Of a stretch of 64,000 nucleotides of DNA, positions 46,583 through 56,970 are shown piece after piece. The translations under genes and the position numbers were made by a program. The stretch is taken from contig OY970229.1 in assembly GCA_963714085.1 (NCBI GenBank), positions 672,001 through 736,000 of the forward strand, given 5' to 3'. A model generated the notes under the pieces. The model was given only the letters and a program-made list of their open reading frames with translations, made no database searches and was not told the DNA's origin. Every line of letters begins with the position of its first letter. Position 1 is the stretch's first letter. Source of the stretch: an uncultured Candidatus Micrarchaeota archaeon. Lineage in GTDB: Archaea; Micrarchaeota; Micrarchaeia; Anstonellales; Bilamarchaeaceae.

Positions 46583-47476
46583 TTGGATGCGCTGGTGCTA
46601 GGCGGGAGCGGCCTTGTCGGAGAAAGAATCGTGATGGCGCTGCAGCGCGCAGGCTTCCGGATGGCATATACCTACTTGGGCAATGCGCTGGATATCCAGG
46701 GAGCGGAAGGCATAAGGATGGACATATCCGATTCCGAAGCGCTCACGAGCCTGCTTGAAACCAAAAAGACTAGGTTCGTAATAAACACGGTGGCACTCCC
46801 TTCGGTGGACAAATGCGACGATGACGAGGAACTCGCCTTCAAGGTAAATGCCGAACCCCAGAAGCTGCTGGCTGACTTTTCCAACAGGACTGGCGCCGGC
46901 ATAGCGTTTATATCCACCTCCAACGTGTTCGGACCTTCGGATAGGTCCTTCAGTGAGGATGACCGGCCAGGCCCGATAAACACGTACGGCAGGACGAAAC
47001 TCCGCGGTGAGGAGTATACTCTGCGCGCGAAGCGGCATATCATACTGAGAACCGACCAGGTATATGCTTGGACCAGAGAAGGACAGAAAAAGACGTTCGT
47101 GGAGAAGACGCTCGGGAAGCTTGAGAACGGGGAGACTGTGGAGGTATGCAGGGATTGGTTCAACTGCCCTACCTACGCTGACGACCTGGCTGTCGCCCTG
47201 GTGAAACTCTTCGCGGGCAGCCATTGGGGGGTTTTCCATGCGGTTGGGCCCACGTATATCAACAGGTACGAATGGGCTGTCCGCATCGCAGATGCATTCA
47301 CGCTCGACAGATCTTTGGTGAGGACTATAGATTCCTCGGTCCTCGGCCTCCCGGCTCGCCGCTCGAACTGCTCCCTGAGCAATAAGAAAATTGAGCGAGT
47401 CAGCGGAGTGCGGTTCCTTTCCGTGGATGAGGGGCTGGAGAGGATGATGACTACTCGAAGTAGTCGGCATCCTTGA
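46583..47476 (+). CDS. RmlD-like NDP-4-keto-sugar reductase
   Basis: GGSGLVG, VDKC, IST.NVF, P.NTYGRTK..GE, PTYA.DLA. Confidence 0.88.
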   Translation: MDALVLGGSGLVGERIVMALQRAGFRMAYTYLGNALDIQGAEGIRMDISDSEALTSLLETKKTRFVINTVALPSVDKCDDDEELAFKVNAEPQKLLADFSNRTGAGIAFISTSNVFGPSDRSFSEDDRPGPINTYGRTKLRGEEYTLRAKRHIILRTDQVYAWTREGQKKTFVEKTLGKLENGETVEVCRDWFNCPTYADDLAVALVKLFAGSHWGVFHAVGPTYINRYEWAVRIADAFTLDRSLVRTIDSSVLGLPARRSNCSLSNKKIERVSGVRFLSVDEGLERMMTTRSSRHP

Positions 47477-48008
47477 AAAGCGGCCACTTCTTGTCCTTCT
47501 CGGATAGTGTCGGGTTTGTCACGTTCCAGTTTATTCCGAGTTGCGGATCGTTCCACAGGACGCCGCGCTCGTTATCCGGGGAATATCCGTTGTCGACCCT
47601 GTAGAGCAACGCGGCGTCTTCTGTGAGACTCACAAACCCATGCGCGAAGCCGCGGGGCACGAAAAGGCTCAGCATGTTCCTGGCTGAAAGCACGATGCCA
47701 GTCCACTTGCCGAAAGTCGGCGAGCCTTTCCGCAGGTCGAGGATTACGTCGTATATCTCTCCGTTCAAGCACCGCACCAGCTTCCCTTGCGCGTATTTGC
47801 CGGATTGGTAGTGCAGGCCGCGTAGCACGCCCTTTTTCGAAACTGTCAGGTATTCTTCTGGGAAATACGGCTCCATGCCGAACTCCTTGAGCACGGCTTC
47901 GGTATAAAGCTTGTAGAACGTGCCCCGCTCATCACGGAACTCCTGGGGTTTTAGGACGAATGCATCTTTGAGCGGCAGATTCTCGCCTTCGAGTTTTCGG
48001 ACAATCAT
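47451..48008 (-). CDS. rfbC: NDP-4-keto-6-deoxysugar 3,5-epimerase
   Basis: DERG.F, GVLRGLHYQ, QGKLVRC..G.IYDV..DLR..SPTFG.W, GFAHGF, SEKD. Confidence 0.93.
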   Translation of the reverse strand: MIVRKLEGENLPLKDAFVLKPQEFRDERGTFYKLYTEAVLKEFGMEPYFPEEYLTVSKKGVLRGLHYQSGKYAQGKLVRCLNGEIYDVILDLRKGSPTFGKWTGIVLSARNMLSLFVPRGFAHGFVSLTEDAALLYRVDNGYSPDNERGVLWNDPQLGINWNVTNPTLSEKDKKWPLFKDADYFE

Positions 48009-48077
48009 GCGAACGCCTTCGACTTAGTTCGTTTATAGTTCTTTTGCCTTCGAAGAATTACGCCTGCACAGATGAGG

Positions 48078-48845
48078 TTATTTCCACACCTTCCACGGTG
48101 CGTTCCCCGACGTCCAGAGTTCTTCAAGCTCTCTCTTCTCACGCAGGGTGTCCATCGGTTTCCAGAAGCCGGAATGCTTGTAGGCCATGAGCTGGCCTTT
48201 TTTTGCAGCCGATTCGAGCGGCTCCCTCTCCCAGAGCGTGCGGTCGTCTTTTATGTAATCGAACACTGCCGGCTCCAAAACGAAATAACCGCCGTTTATC
48301 CAAACCCCGTCGCCCCTGGGTTTCTCCAGGAATGAAAGGACCCGGTCATCATGGACATCGAGGGTCCCGAAGCGCCCCGGCGGCTGGACTGCCGTGATGG
48401 TCGCGTTCTTGCCGTGCTTCCTGTGGAAAGCGAGCAGCTTGGAAATGTCGACATCGGACAGGCCGTCGCCGTAGGTCAGCATGAACGTCCCGTCCACGTA
48501 CTTTTGGATCCGCTTCACCCTGCCGCCGGTCTCGACCTTGTCCCCAGTGTCGACCAGCGTTACCGTCCAGTCGTCCACGTTGGTGTTGTGGACGGTCATC
48601 TTGTTGGTCTTGAGCTCCATGGTGACATCGGAATTGTGGAGGAAATAATTAGCGAACCATTCTTTTACCATGTAACCCTTGTATCCCAGGCATATCACGA
48701 AATCCTTGATGCCGTAGTGCGAGTACGTCTTCATGATATGCCAGAGGATGGGCTTGTCGCCTATCTCGACCATGGGTTTCGGTTTGACCACTGTCTCTTC
48801 GCTCAGGCGGGTGCCTAGGCCACCCGCCAGTATCACAGCTTTCAT
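48078..48845 (-). CDS. rfbF: Glucose-1-phosphate cytidylyltransferase
   Basis: LAGGLGTRLSEET..KPKPMVEIG, TGGR, TYGDG, WINGG, FWKPMDTLREK, APWKVW. Confidence 0.95.
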   Translation of the reverse strand: MKAVILAGGLGTRLSEETVVKPKPMVEIGDKPILWHIMKTYSHYGIKDFVICLGYKGYMVKEWFANYFLHNSDVTMELKTNKMTVHNTNVDDWTVTLVDTGDKVETGGRVKRIQKYVDGTFMLTYGDGLSDVDISKLLAFHRKHGKNATITAVQPPGRFGTLDVHDDRVLSFLEKPRGDGVWINGGYFVLEPAVFDYIKDDRTLWEREPLESAAKKGQLMAYKHSGFWKPMDTLREKRELEELWTSGNAPWKVWK

Positions 48846-48919
48846 GAGGGTGCTTTGGTAGGCAACTGATTAAAATATTCCGAATGCACGGACACCGGCC
48901 CGCTCCCTCCAGAAATCAG

Positions 48920-50308
48920 TCACTGTGTGAGGTTTTGGCACTGGTTTTCGTATAGCACAGTCGAATGGTCCACAAAACCGAGCTGGGCGAACAGGAACGG
49001 CTTAACTTCGATCAGCGTCTTTTGCTCCTTAAGGCAGGGCACTTGCACTGGGACAAAGCCTTTCATGGCCACGACGTATTTACATGCGTTGTAGGTGTAC
49101 CCGTTCGGTGGAATCATCTCATTTTGGAAGTAATTGACCTGGTCCCTTAGCATATAGAAATATTCGAAAGAGAAGCACGTGCCCGGGGGTAGGGTCGAAG
49201 TCATATTGATTATGTTGGTGGGATTCCCCGTGGACAGTGCTTCCTGGCCCACGGCGATGAAACCGAAAACCATGTTCAGGGCGATTATCGAGACCAGGTA
49301 TGCCCGCACCTCCTGCGAATCATGGTTCTTTATTATCCAGTAAAGCAGGAACGGCACCGCCATTATCGCGTACTTGGATTCTGCCCCCATCGGGACGATT
49401 GCGATGAATACGAAGACCCCGAAAAGGAACTCGAGCCCTGGGATTTTTTTGGATTTCAGCTCCTTCCAGCCAAAGAAGAGGGTCGGAAGTATCATGGGGA
49501 AGAATTTGAACAGGCCGAGCAATGACGGGAGGTATGCTTTTTGCACGCCTACCGAGAGCCCGTTATCGAGGATCTGTTCTATTGCGCTGGATGGCTGCAG
49601 GCTTATGAAGTAGAGATACGGCAGGAGGAAGATGCCGCAGAACACCAGCATGGTGATTAGATTTTTGTTCTTGTATGATTTCGCCACGGCGTAGATGACA
49701 AGTAGCGCTGCGGCGAAGTGCGTGCTGATGGCCATCGCGGACAACAGGCCCAGCAGCACCGGCGAGCTGACCACCAGCATCGCGACTGCGATTACTCCCA
49801 TCAGCGCTTCGGGCCGGTTCGTTATCGCAGTGTAGATGAACCCGGGCGAGAGTATCGCGGCTACGAGCAGGAGCTTGCTCACCTCCCCGGACGGCTTGAG
49901 TTTCGTGAGGAAGTCCAAGAGCAGCCATAAGCCGAGAAGAGAGAGTATGATTGGCAGTATGACAGGGGCGATCAAGCGCAGGGTGGAATCGGTCGGATCG
50001 AAAAGGTGGTAGACCAGGCTTTCCAAGACGAAATAGAGCGGGGGCATCCAGTAGGTGTTAGAGCCGAAACCCGTCAGGTCCGGCCTCAGGCTGTTGGTGA
50101 GCACTCCGTACTTAGCCAGGTTATACGCGGGTGCGAAGAAGAAACTGATATCCATGATGATGTCCCGCGGCTTGAACGTCTGGAGATATGCTATGGCGGC
50201 GAATTGGATCAGGATTATGAGAAGCGCAAGGCCGACCAGGCGCCTGTTTTTTGAGATTTTATCTAGTAACGAGGCGACGCCAGAGCTATATTTATCTAAG
50301 TCGTACAC
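48920..50308 (-). CDS. Polytopic membrane protein, GT-C/ArnT-like glycosyltransferase candidate
   Basis: D...F.APAYNL...G, YWMPPLY, RPE and many TM segments; located in the glycosylation island. Confidence 0.65.
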   Translation of the reverse strand: MYDLDKYSSGVASLLDKISKNRRLVGLALLIILIQFAAIAYLQTFKPRDIIMDISFFFAPAYNLAKYGVLTNSLRPDLTGFGSNTYWMPPLYFVLESLVYHLFDPTDSTLRLIAPVILPIILSLLGLWLLLDFLTKLKPSGEVSKLLLVAAILSPGFIYTAITNRPEALMGVIAVAMLVVSSPVLLGLLSAMAISTHFAAALLVIYAVAKSYKNKNLITMLVFCGIFLLPYLYFISLQPSSAIEQILDNGLSVGVQKAYLPSLLGLFKFFPMILPTLFFGWKELKSKKIPGLEFLFGVFVFIAIVPMGAESKYAIMAVPFLLYWIIKNHDSQEVRAYLVSIIALNMVFGFIAVGQEALSTGNPTNIINMTSTLPPGTCFSFEYFYMLRDQVNYFQNEMIPPNGYTYNACKYVVAMKGFVPVQVPCLKEQKTLIEVKPFLFAQLGFVDHSTVLYENQCQNLTQ

Positions 50309-50366
50309 GCGTTATCTTAGCGGGTATTTGTTCTATAAATTTATCGCAATGGGTTCCTGAAGACGT

Positions 50367-51401
50367 TCAGGAGCCTTCGGTCGCCCTGTCCTCGACCCCG
50401 TTTATGTCATCCAGTATGCCGGCGATGCTCTCCCTGTGGATATAGTCAAGGATGGTCCATATGCCGCCTATCGCGTCTACTACTATCATCAGGACACGGG
50501 TGAGCAGGGCGAATGGGACCCCGATTCCAAGGGGCACTCCGAAAAGCACGAGCAGGCCTGCGAACGCCGCCTCCGAGGTCCCGGTCCCTGCGAGCGTTGG
50601 TATCGGTATGAACTGGATGAGCGTTACCGAAGGATGCAGGAGCAGGAAGAAACCCAGCTCGACAAAAGGATTCGGGAACAGGGTTATGCCGAGCGCCCGG
50701 GCGAGGCAGAACCATTCCAGCCCCTTTAGGAACCATGTCGTCAGGGTCACTCCGAGGACGGTCCCCCACTTGTCGACGAGCACCTTTGAGTTCTTCTGCA
50801 TCAGGTGGAAGAGGAAGAAGAACTTCCTGCCGATGGAGAATCGTTTGATGAAGGAGAACTTTTGCAGCAGCGCGGGCGAGAACAGGAGCGCGGAGAAGAA
50901 GCCGATGATCACGAAGATGCCGAGGATGGGCCCCAATATGAGCAGGGGATTGCCGTTCCCCAGCAGGTCCATGTGCCCGAGCACGAAGAAGACGAGGAGC
51001 GTGAGCCCGAGCGCCTTTACAGCGAACTCCAGCATCTGCGGGCCGAATATGGCGAGCATCGACTTCTCGATCGGGATGTCGTGCTTTGAGGAGAGGACGA
51101 ACGCGGTGAAGAAATAGCCGCCGCGGGCGGGCGTGAAATCCGAGGCGCTCATGCCTGCGAAATTGGCGTCCAGCGCTGCCCTGAACGATATCTTGTGCCC
51201 GACCTCCGCTAGAAGCGCCTGTATCCTGTATGCCATCATGGCATTGAGCGCCACGTAGCAGAGCACGGCCAGCAGCAGGTAGCGCCAGTCCGCCTTGGAG
51301 AGGACTCCTATGATCTGCTGCGGACTGACGATGTAGATGAGCACGGCTATGAACAGGATAGCGAATAAGGCGCTGATGATGAGCTTTCCCTTGTTTTCCA
51401 A
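50367..51401 (-). CDS. UPF0104 / lysylphosphatidylglycerol-synthase TM (AglD2-like) flippase-domain protein
   Basis: FTPARGG, IP.PTLAGTGTSEA, ALLTR. Confidence 0.85.
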   Translation of the reverse strand: MENKGKLIISALFAILFIAVLIYIVSPQQIIGVLSKADWRYLLLAVLCYVALNAMMAYRIQALLAEVGHKISFRAALDANFAGMSASDFTPARGGYFFTAFVLSSKHDIPIEKSMLAIFGPQMLEFAVKALGLTLLVFFVLGHMDLLGNGNPLLILGPILGIFVIIGFFSALLFSPALLQKFSFIKRFSIGRKFFFLFHLMQKNSKVLVDKWGTVLGVTLTTWFLKGLEWFCLARALGITLFPNPFVELGFFLLLHPSVTLIQFIPIPTLAGTGTSEAAFAGLLVLFGVPLGIGVPFALLTRVLMIVVDAIGGIWTILDYIHRESIAGILDDINGVEDRATEGS

Positions 51402-51472
51402 AAATCACACCTGGAGGAATCTGACTCAAATGATTTTAAAAGCAAATTGAACGAATAAAACCTGTTGAGAGC

Positions 51473-52204
51473 ATGCCCAAGACCGATTTGACAGTGGTGA
51501 TACCGACCTGGAACGAAGCCGGCAACATAGGCAAGGCGCTGGAGCAGGTAACAGGTGTGCTGGAGAAGGCGGGCATCTCCCACGAGATACTGGTCATGGA
51601 CGATGCGAGCAAGGATGGGACGGACAAGGTCGTGAACGATTTCGCGCAAAAACGGCCCGCAGTGCGCTTCATAGCGCATCCGCCTCCGCCCGGCTTCGGA
51701 TATTCCATCAGGGATGGCGTCAGGATGGCCAAGGGCGACGCGGTCGTGATAATGATGGCCGACCTCTCCGACGACCCTTCCTATCTGCCGGACATGCTCG
51801 CCCGGATGCAGGATGGCTGCGACGTGGTGGTCGGCTCCAGGTTCCTCCAGGGCTCGAAGATCTACGGCTACCGGCCGCTCAAGTACCTCTCCAACCGGCT
51901 CTTCAACATCTCGGTCCAGCTCTGCTTCCTCACCGGGATAAACGACGCGTCCAACGCGTTCAAGATGTTCAGGACCGAGCTGATACGCGGGCTCCCGGTC
52001 GAGTCCCGGAGCTTCACGGTCTCGGCTGAGATGATGCTCAGGATGAAGATAGCAGGCCATAAAATCTGCCAGGTCCCTGTGACCTGGACCGACCGGACCG
52101 AGGGAACGGCCAAATTCCGCCTGCGCAACACCTTTTATAATTATTTTCTTCTACTAGTGAGGATGGTAAAACTAGCGTATATAGACGGCTTGTTGAAACG
52201 CTAA
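51473..52204 (+). CDS. GT2 polyprenol-phosphate glycosyltransferase (DPM1-like)
   Basis: VIPTWNEAGNI, DDASKDGT, MAD.SD.P, VVGSRF, R..G..K. Confidence 0.9.
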   Translation: MPKTDLTVVIPTWNEAGNIGKALEQVTGVLEKAGISHEILVMDDASKDGTDKVVNDFAQKRPAVRFIAHPPPPGFGYSIRDGVRMAKGDAVVIMMADLSDDPSYLPDMLARMQDGCDVVVGSRFLQGSKIYGYRPLKYLSNRLFNISVQLCFLTGINDASNAFKMFRTELIRGLPVESRSFTVSAEMMLRMKIAGHKICQVPVTWTDRTEGTAKFRLRNTFYNYFLLLVRMVKLAYIDGLLKR

Positions 52205-52233
52205 TCATAGAGGCTGGCGGGGCCGTTCGACGG

Positions 52234-53451
52234 GTGGTTCATCTGAAAGCATGCGTAGTTGGTATCGGAAGGGTTGGATTGCCGCTTGCGCTTTTCCTAG
52301 GCTCGAAGGGCGTGTTCACCTACGGGCTGGACATCGACCAGGCGAAGGTCGACAAGCTCAAGCAGGGGAAATTCCCGTTCCTGGAGAACGGGGGCCAGGA
52401 GCTCCTGGGCAAGGTCATCGGCAAGAGCTTCGAGCCCACGACTGATTTCGCGAAGGCCAATGACGCGGACTACCTCATCCTCACCCTGGGCACACCTGTG
52501 GATGAGTTCCTCAACCCGGATTTCTCGCAGCTGGAGAAATCCTTCGACGCTCTGCTCCCGCACCTTAAGAAGGGCCAGACGCTCCTCCTCAGGAGCACGG
52601 TCTCCCCGCGTTCCACGGAGTACGTGAAGGAGCTGCTCGAGCGCAGGAAAGGCTTCAGCATCGGAAAGGATTTCTATCTGGCGTTCTGCCCTGAGCGCAT
52701 AGCAGAGGGCAAGGCGTTCGAGGAGCTGGAAACTCTCCCTGAGATAGTCGGCGGTGCGGACGCTGAGAGCGGGAAGAAGGCAGCTGAGCTCTGGAAGTCC
52801 ATAGGCAAGGAGGTCTACATCACGACGTCCATAAACGCCGAGCTGCTCAAGCTGTTCACGAACATGTACAGGTACATCAATTTCGCCATAGCCAACGAGT
52901 TCATGGTGATCGCGGAGGACTGGGGGGCGAACATCTACGAGATTGTGGAGCTCTCGAACAAGAACTATCCCAGGGCTGGCCCTAAGAAGCCAGGATTCGC
53001 CGCCGGCCCGTGCCTGTTCAAGGACGGGTTCTTCCTGACAAGCAATATCCCGTTCCCTGACCTCATCTCGACTGCATGGACGATAAACGAGAGGCTGCCG
53101 GCTTATCTCATCGAAAGGGCCAAGAAGCTCAAGGAAACCAAGGGCACGAAATGCGCGATATTGGGCATGGCGTTCAAGGCTGACAACGACGACGACCGCG
53201 CTTCTCTCTCTTACAAGCTGAAGAAGGTCTTCAAGCGCGAGCTCTCCGACGTCCATACCCATGACGTCTACCAGAACGGGCCGGATTTCTGGCCCGCGGT
53301 GAAGGATGCGGACTTCCTTGTCATAGCGACCGCGCACAAGGAGTACAAGAAACCGCTCGAGGAGTACAGGAAGCACATGAAGAAGGACGCGGTGGTCATA
53401 GACGTGTGGAACGTATTCGGGAAGAAATCCGCGGTGTTCAAACTAGATTGA
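52234..53451 (+). CDS. Nucleotide-sugar (UDP-glucose/GDP-mannose family) dehydrogenase
   Basis: GIGRVGLPLA, RSTV.P, CPERI, K...N.YR, GPCL.KD, G.AFK. Confidence 0.92.
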   Translation: MVHLKACVVGIGRVGLPLALFLGSKGVFTYGLDIDQAKVDKLKQGKFPFLENGGQELLGKVIGKSFEPTTDFAKANDADYLILTLGTPVDEFLNPDFSQLEKSFDALLPHLKKGQTLLLRSTVSPRSTEYVKELLERRKGFSIGKDFYLAFCPERIAEGKAFEELETLPEIVGGADAESGKKAAELWKSIGKEVYITTSINAELLKLFTNMYRYINFAIANEFMVIAEDWGANIYEIVELSNKNYPRAGPKKPGFAAGPCLFKDGFFLTSNIPFPDLISTAWTINERLPAYLIERAKKLKETKGTKCAILGMAFKADNDDDRASLSYKLKKVFKRELSDVHTHDVYQNGPDFWPAVKDADFLVIATAHKEYKKPLEEYRKHMKKDAVVIDVWNVFGKKSAVFKLD

Positions 53452-53460
53452 GGTGTATGC

Positions 53461-54450
53461 ATGGCAAAAGCTGTAGTCACTGGAGGGGCCGGGTTCATAG
53501 GAAGCCAGGTCGTCAAGGCACTTTTGGGAGCTGGTCATGAGGTGACCGTGATCGACAACCTCAGCAAGGGGAACGTCAAGAACATAGATGTGAACGAGGT
53601 CACGTTCAGGCAGGCGGACCTCTGCGACGCGTCTGCGGTGAAAGGGCTGCTCGAAGGCGCAGAGTTCTGCTTCCATTTCGCGGCCAAGATCGGGGGGATC
53701 GGATATTTCCACAAGTACCCGGCCGAGATCATACGCGACAACACGCTCATGCTCTCCAACCTGCTCGACGAGGGGAGGCGCGCGGACCTGAAGAAGATGG
53801 TGTACATCTCCTCGTCCATGGTGTTCGAGAGGACGAAGAAGTTCCCGTCCAAGGAGGAGGACATATTCACCTCCCCGCCGCCCATCACCCACTACGGGTT
53901 CTCCAAGCTCATAGGCGAGTATTATTGCACCGCCTACAAGGAGCAGTACGGCATGAAGTACGCGATATTCAGGCCTTTCAACGCCTTCGGCCCCGGCGAG
54001 GTGCCGGAGAACGAGGTGGGCATCGCGCACGTGATACCGGACCTGATAAAGAAGATATATTTCGACAAGCAGTACCCGATCCAGATACTGGGCAAGGGCA
54101 ACCAGGTGCGCGCCTACACCTACGTGACGGACATCGGGGATGCGGTGGCCCAGCTGGGCATGGACCCGAGGACGGACAACAACGATTACAACGTGGCTAA
54201 CCCAGAGGCGCTGACCGTGATGGACCTGCTCAAGCGCATCTGGGCCCTTGAGCAGCACGAGAAGCCGCTGAAGACCAAGAGGATGCCGACATTCAGGGAC
54301 GACGTACAGAGGAGGATACCGAGCGCGGAGAAGATAATGGCGCTTGGCTGGAAGCCGAAGGTCACCCTTGACGACGGCCTGAGAAGGACCTATGAGTGGA
54401 TCAAGACCAGGCCGGGCTCAGCTGGCATGGCGGCGGACAGGGGGATGTGA
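53461..54450 (+). CDS. NAD-dependent nucleotide-sugar epimerase/dehydratase
   Basis: TGGAGFIG, AAKIGGI, YGFSK, RPFN.FGP. Confidence 0.92.
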   Translation: MAKAVVTGGAGFIGSQVVKALLGAGHEVTVIDNLSKGNVKNIDVNEVTFRQADLCDASAVKGLLEGAEFCFHFAAKIGGIGYFHKYPAEIIRDNTLMLSNLLDEGRRADLKKMVYISSSMVFERTKKFPSKEEDIFTSPPPITHYGFSKLIGEYYCTAYKEQYGMKYAIFRPFNAFGPGEVPENEVGIAHVIPDLIKKIYFDKQYPIQILGKGNQVRAYTYVTDIGDAVAQLGMDPRTDNNDYNVANPEALTVMDLLKRIWALEQHEKPLKTKRMPTFRDDVQRRIPSAEKIMALGWKPKVTLDDGLRRTYEWIKTRPGSAGMAADRGM

Positions 54451-54501
54451 CGTTTTCCGTAACGCGGTGATTGCCTGGAAGAGAGCGAGACGATAAAGAG
54501 G

Positions 54502-55152
54502 ATGTATTCGCGGCGGTTCGACGAGACAAAGGGCATGAGAAACGAGATCTGGAAGGTCCTGTGCGAGGATTTCTTCCAGAGGTACATCAGAAGCGACGCG
54601 AGGGTCCTGGAGATCGCCTCCGGCTATTGCGAATTCATAAACAACATAAAGGCGAAGAGGAAGATCGCCGTAGACATAAACCCTTCTTCCAAAGAGCATG
54701 CGGCCAAGGATGTCGAATTCATCTTCTCCAGCTCCACCAGGCTGCAGGACATCGAAGACGGGTCCGTGGACGTCGTATTCACGAGCAATTTCTTCGAGCA
54801 CCTGACGAAGGAGGACATCATCAAAGTCATCAAGGAGGTCCACAGGGTCCTGGCCAAGGACGGCTCGTTCCTCGTCCTGGGCCCCAACATAAGATACTCC
54901 TATGACATATTCTGGTGCTTCTTCGACCATATAACGCCCCTGGACCACGAGAGCATGAGCGAAGCGCTTGAGATCAACGGGTTCAGGTCCGTGGATGTGA
55001 TACCCCGGTTCCTCCCGTATTCCACGAAGACGAACCTGCCGAAATCGCCCCTCCTGCTGAAAGCCTACCTGAGGCTTCCCTGGGCCTGGAGCATCTTCGG
55101 AAAGCAGATGTTCGTGCATGCCAAGAAACTGCCCTCGCAGGTGGCGCCATGA
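54502..55152 (+). CDS. Class I SAM-dependent methyltransferase
   Basis: VLEIASGYCEF, SNFFEHL, FFDH. Confidence 0.88.
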   Translation: MYSRRFDETKGMRNEIWKVLCEDFFQRYIRSDARVLEIASGYCEFINNIKAKRKIAVDINPSSKEHAAKDVEFIFSSSTRLQDIEDGSVDVVFTSNFFEHLTKEDIIKVIKEVHRVLAKDGSFLVLGPNIRYSYDIFWCFFDHITPLDHESMSEALEINGFRSVDVIPRFLPYSTKTNLPKSPLLLKAYLRLPWAWSIFGKQMFVHAKKLPSQVAP

Positions 55153-56969
55153 AGATACTTGGAAAAGACGTCGAGAATGCCGACTTGCTCTTCGCAGCGG
55201 TCCTCCTGGTCGTGCTATACCTGAACTTCGGCATGCTTTCCACATTAAAGGAGATCCCGAGCCCGCTTTATGGAGGCGATCTGTACAACGGGCTCGGCGG
55301 AGTGAACCACATAATGGCGGGCGGCTCGATATTCTCCAGCGCGCAGATGACCGGCGAGATACCGTGGGTGCCGTGGCTCTACCATCTCCTGGTGTCGATC
55401 TACGGCAAGCTCACGGGCGCGGACGCGATGACCGCGCTGATCTGGTTCTCCTTGCCGGTGACGCTCCTGAGCGCGATAGTCTGCTATCTGTTCGTGTCCA
55501 GGATGACCAAGAGCAAGTACCTCGCATTGTCTGGAACGATCGTCCTGCTCATCGAGTTCCCCCTGTTCAAATATTCGGATTTCGCCGCTTACCTAGTGAT
55601 CCCGGCCTTCTTCCTCATGCTCTATGAGTTCGTCAAGAACCAGAACGTCAGGAACGCGGCCATAACCGGGATCCTGCTCGGGCTCGCGGGCCTGAGCAAC
55701 ACGCAGGCGTTCTTCGTGGCGTTCATGGTGCTTTTCCTGGTGTTCGCGGTCTTCGTGCTCCCCAGGCTGTGGCGGGAGAAGAAGCTCGTGATAGACAAGG
55801 ACGCCCAGGAGACGATAAAGCTCTATGCAGTCGTGTTCGTGATCGGCTTCGCGATCTCCATGCTTTTCTGGTTCTGGCCCATATTCGTCTTCCACGGCAA
55901 GACCGCCAACCCGATACAGCAGTTCGCCACACCTGACGCCACGAATCCGACCTATCTCTGGGACACGATAATAAATTACTCCCTCATGCCCATGGTCGCC
56001 CCCTACACCAGCGGGCTGGGGATAATATTGACGCTGCTCCTGCTCGCGGGCGTGGCTTATGCCGTGCTGGACTGGAAGAGCGACGAGGGCAGGTTCATCC
56101 TGGCGCTACTGGCCACCGTGCTCCTGGGAGCGTTCCATCCGCTCGTGACCATGCCGCTCCTGGGGATGCAGCTCATCAATTACCAGCTGGTGGGCCAGGT
56201 GCAGCCGCTGCTCCAGGCCGCGCTCATACCCATGGGGCTCCTGCTGGTCTTCCGCAAGGTCACGAAGGAGAAGGGGCAGCTCGCGCTAATCGGAGCGCTC
56301 CTCGTACTTTCCTTCGTGGTGTATCTGGGCTACTTCGATGCTAAGAAGGCGGATCAATGGTACACCGTTGGCACGCAGCCCATAGAGCCGGTGTACGCCC
56401 AGCTCGAGACATGGATAGACTCGAACACCAATGTCAACAACGTGTTCCTCACGACCAACGAGAACGGCTTCATGATGAACGCGCTCACCGGGAGGAAGGT
56501 GCTCTCCTACAGGCGGACGCATTCCAGCCCCTACACAGACGTGAACGCGAGGATGGCGGACCAGGCCGTGATAGCGTACGGCACGAACGCCACCGAGGCG
56601 TACGCCTTGCTGAAGAAATACAATGTGAAATACCTGCTCTGGAGCACCGACTGGATAACGACCGAGTTCAGCTTCAACCAGCAGGGCCATTTCCAGGGGT
56701 TCTTCGATCCGCTGGACATCCCGAACAATGCGAGCAACAGGGCTTATTGGGACGAATACGGCGTGAAGTACCTGAACCAGACCATGGTGCTCGACCCTAC
56801 GCCCAAGCCCGGCGCTCCGGTCTACCCGTTGCTCATAGCCATCCCATACCAAATGGATATCCAGACCCCTTACAATCCGCAGCTGCTGCAATACTTCGAC
56901 CTCAAGGAGACCATACAGTCGCAGGGGCAGGACGTTTTCAGGATATACGAGAGGAAGGACCTGGAATAG
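55149..56969 (+). CDS. Polytopic membrane protein with a C-terminal extracellular domain (GT-C-like)
   Basis: GGDLY..G, many TM helices, soluble C-domain with WI..NT and LKKYNVKYL; in the glycosylation island. Confidence 0.65.
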   Translation: MKILGKDVENADLLFAAVLLVVLYLNFGMLSTLKEIPSPLYGGDLYNGLGGVNHIMAGGSIFSSAQMTGEIPWVPWLYHLLVSIYGKLTGADAMTALIWFSLPVTLLSAIVCYLFVSRMTKSKYLALSGTIVLLIEFPLFKYSDFAAYLVIPAFFLMLYEFVKNQNVRNAAITGILLGLAGLSNTQAFFVAFMVLFLVFAVFVLPRLWREKKLVIDKDAQETIKLYAVVFVIGFAISMLFWFWPIFVFHGKTANPIQQFATPDATNPTYLWDTIINYSLMPMVAPYTSGLGIILTLLLLAGVAYAVLDWKSDEGRFILALLATVLLGAFHPLVTMPLLGMQLINYQLVGQVQPLLQAALIPMGLLLVFRKVTKEKGQLALIGALLVLSFVVYLGYFDAKKADQWYTVGTQPIEPVYAQLETWIDSNTNVNNVFLTTNENGFMMNALTGRKVLSYRRTHSSPYTDVNARMADQAVIAYGTNATEAYALLKKYNVKYLLWSTDWITTEFSFNQQGHFQGFFDPLDIPNNASNRAYWDEYGVKYLNQTMVLDPTPKPGAPVYPLLIAIPYQMDIQTPYNPQLLQYFDLKETIQSQGQDVFRIYERKDLE

Positions 56970-56970
56970 A

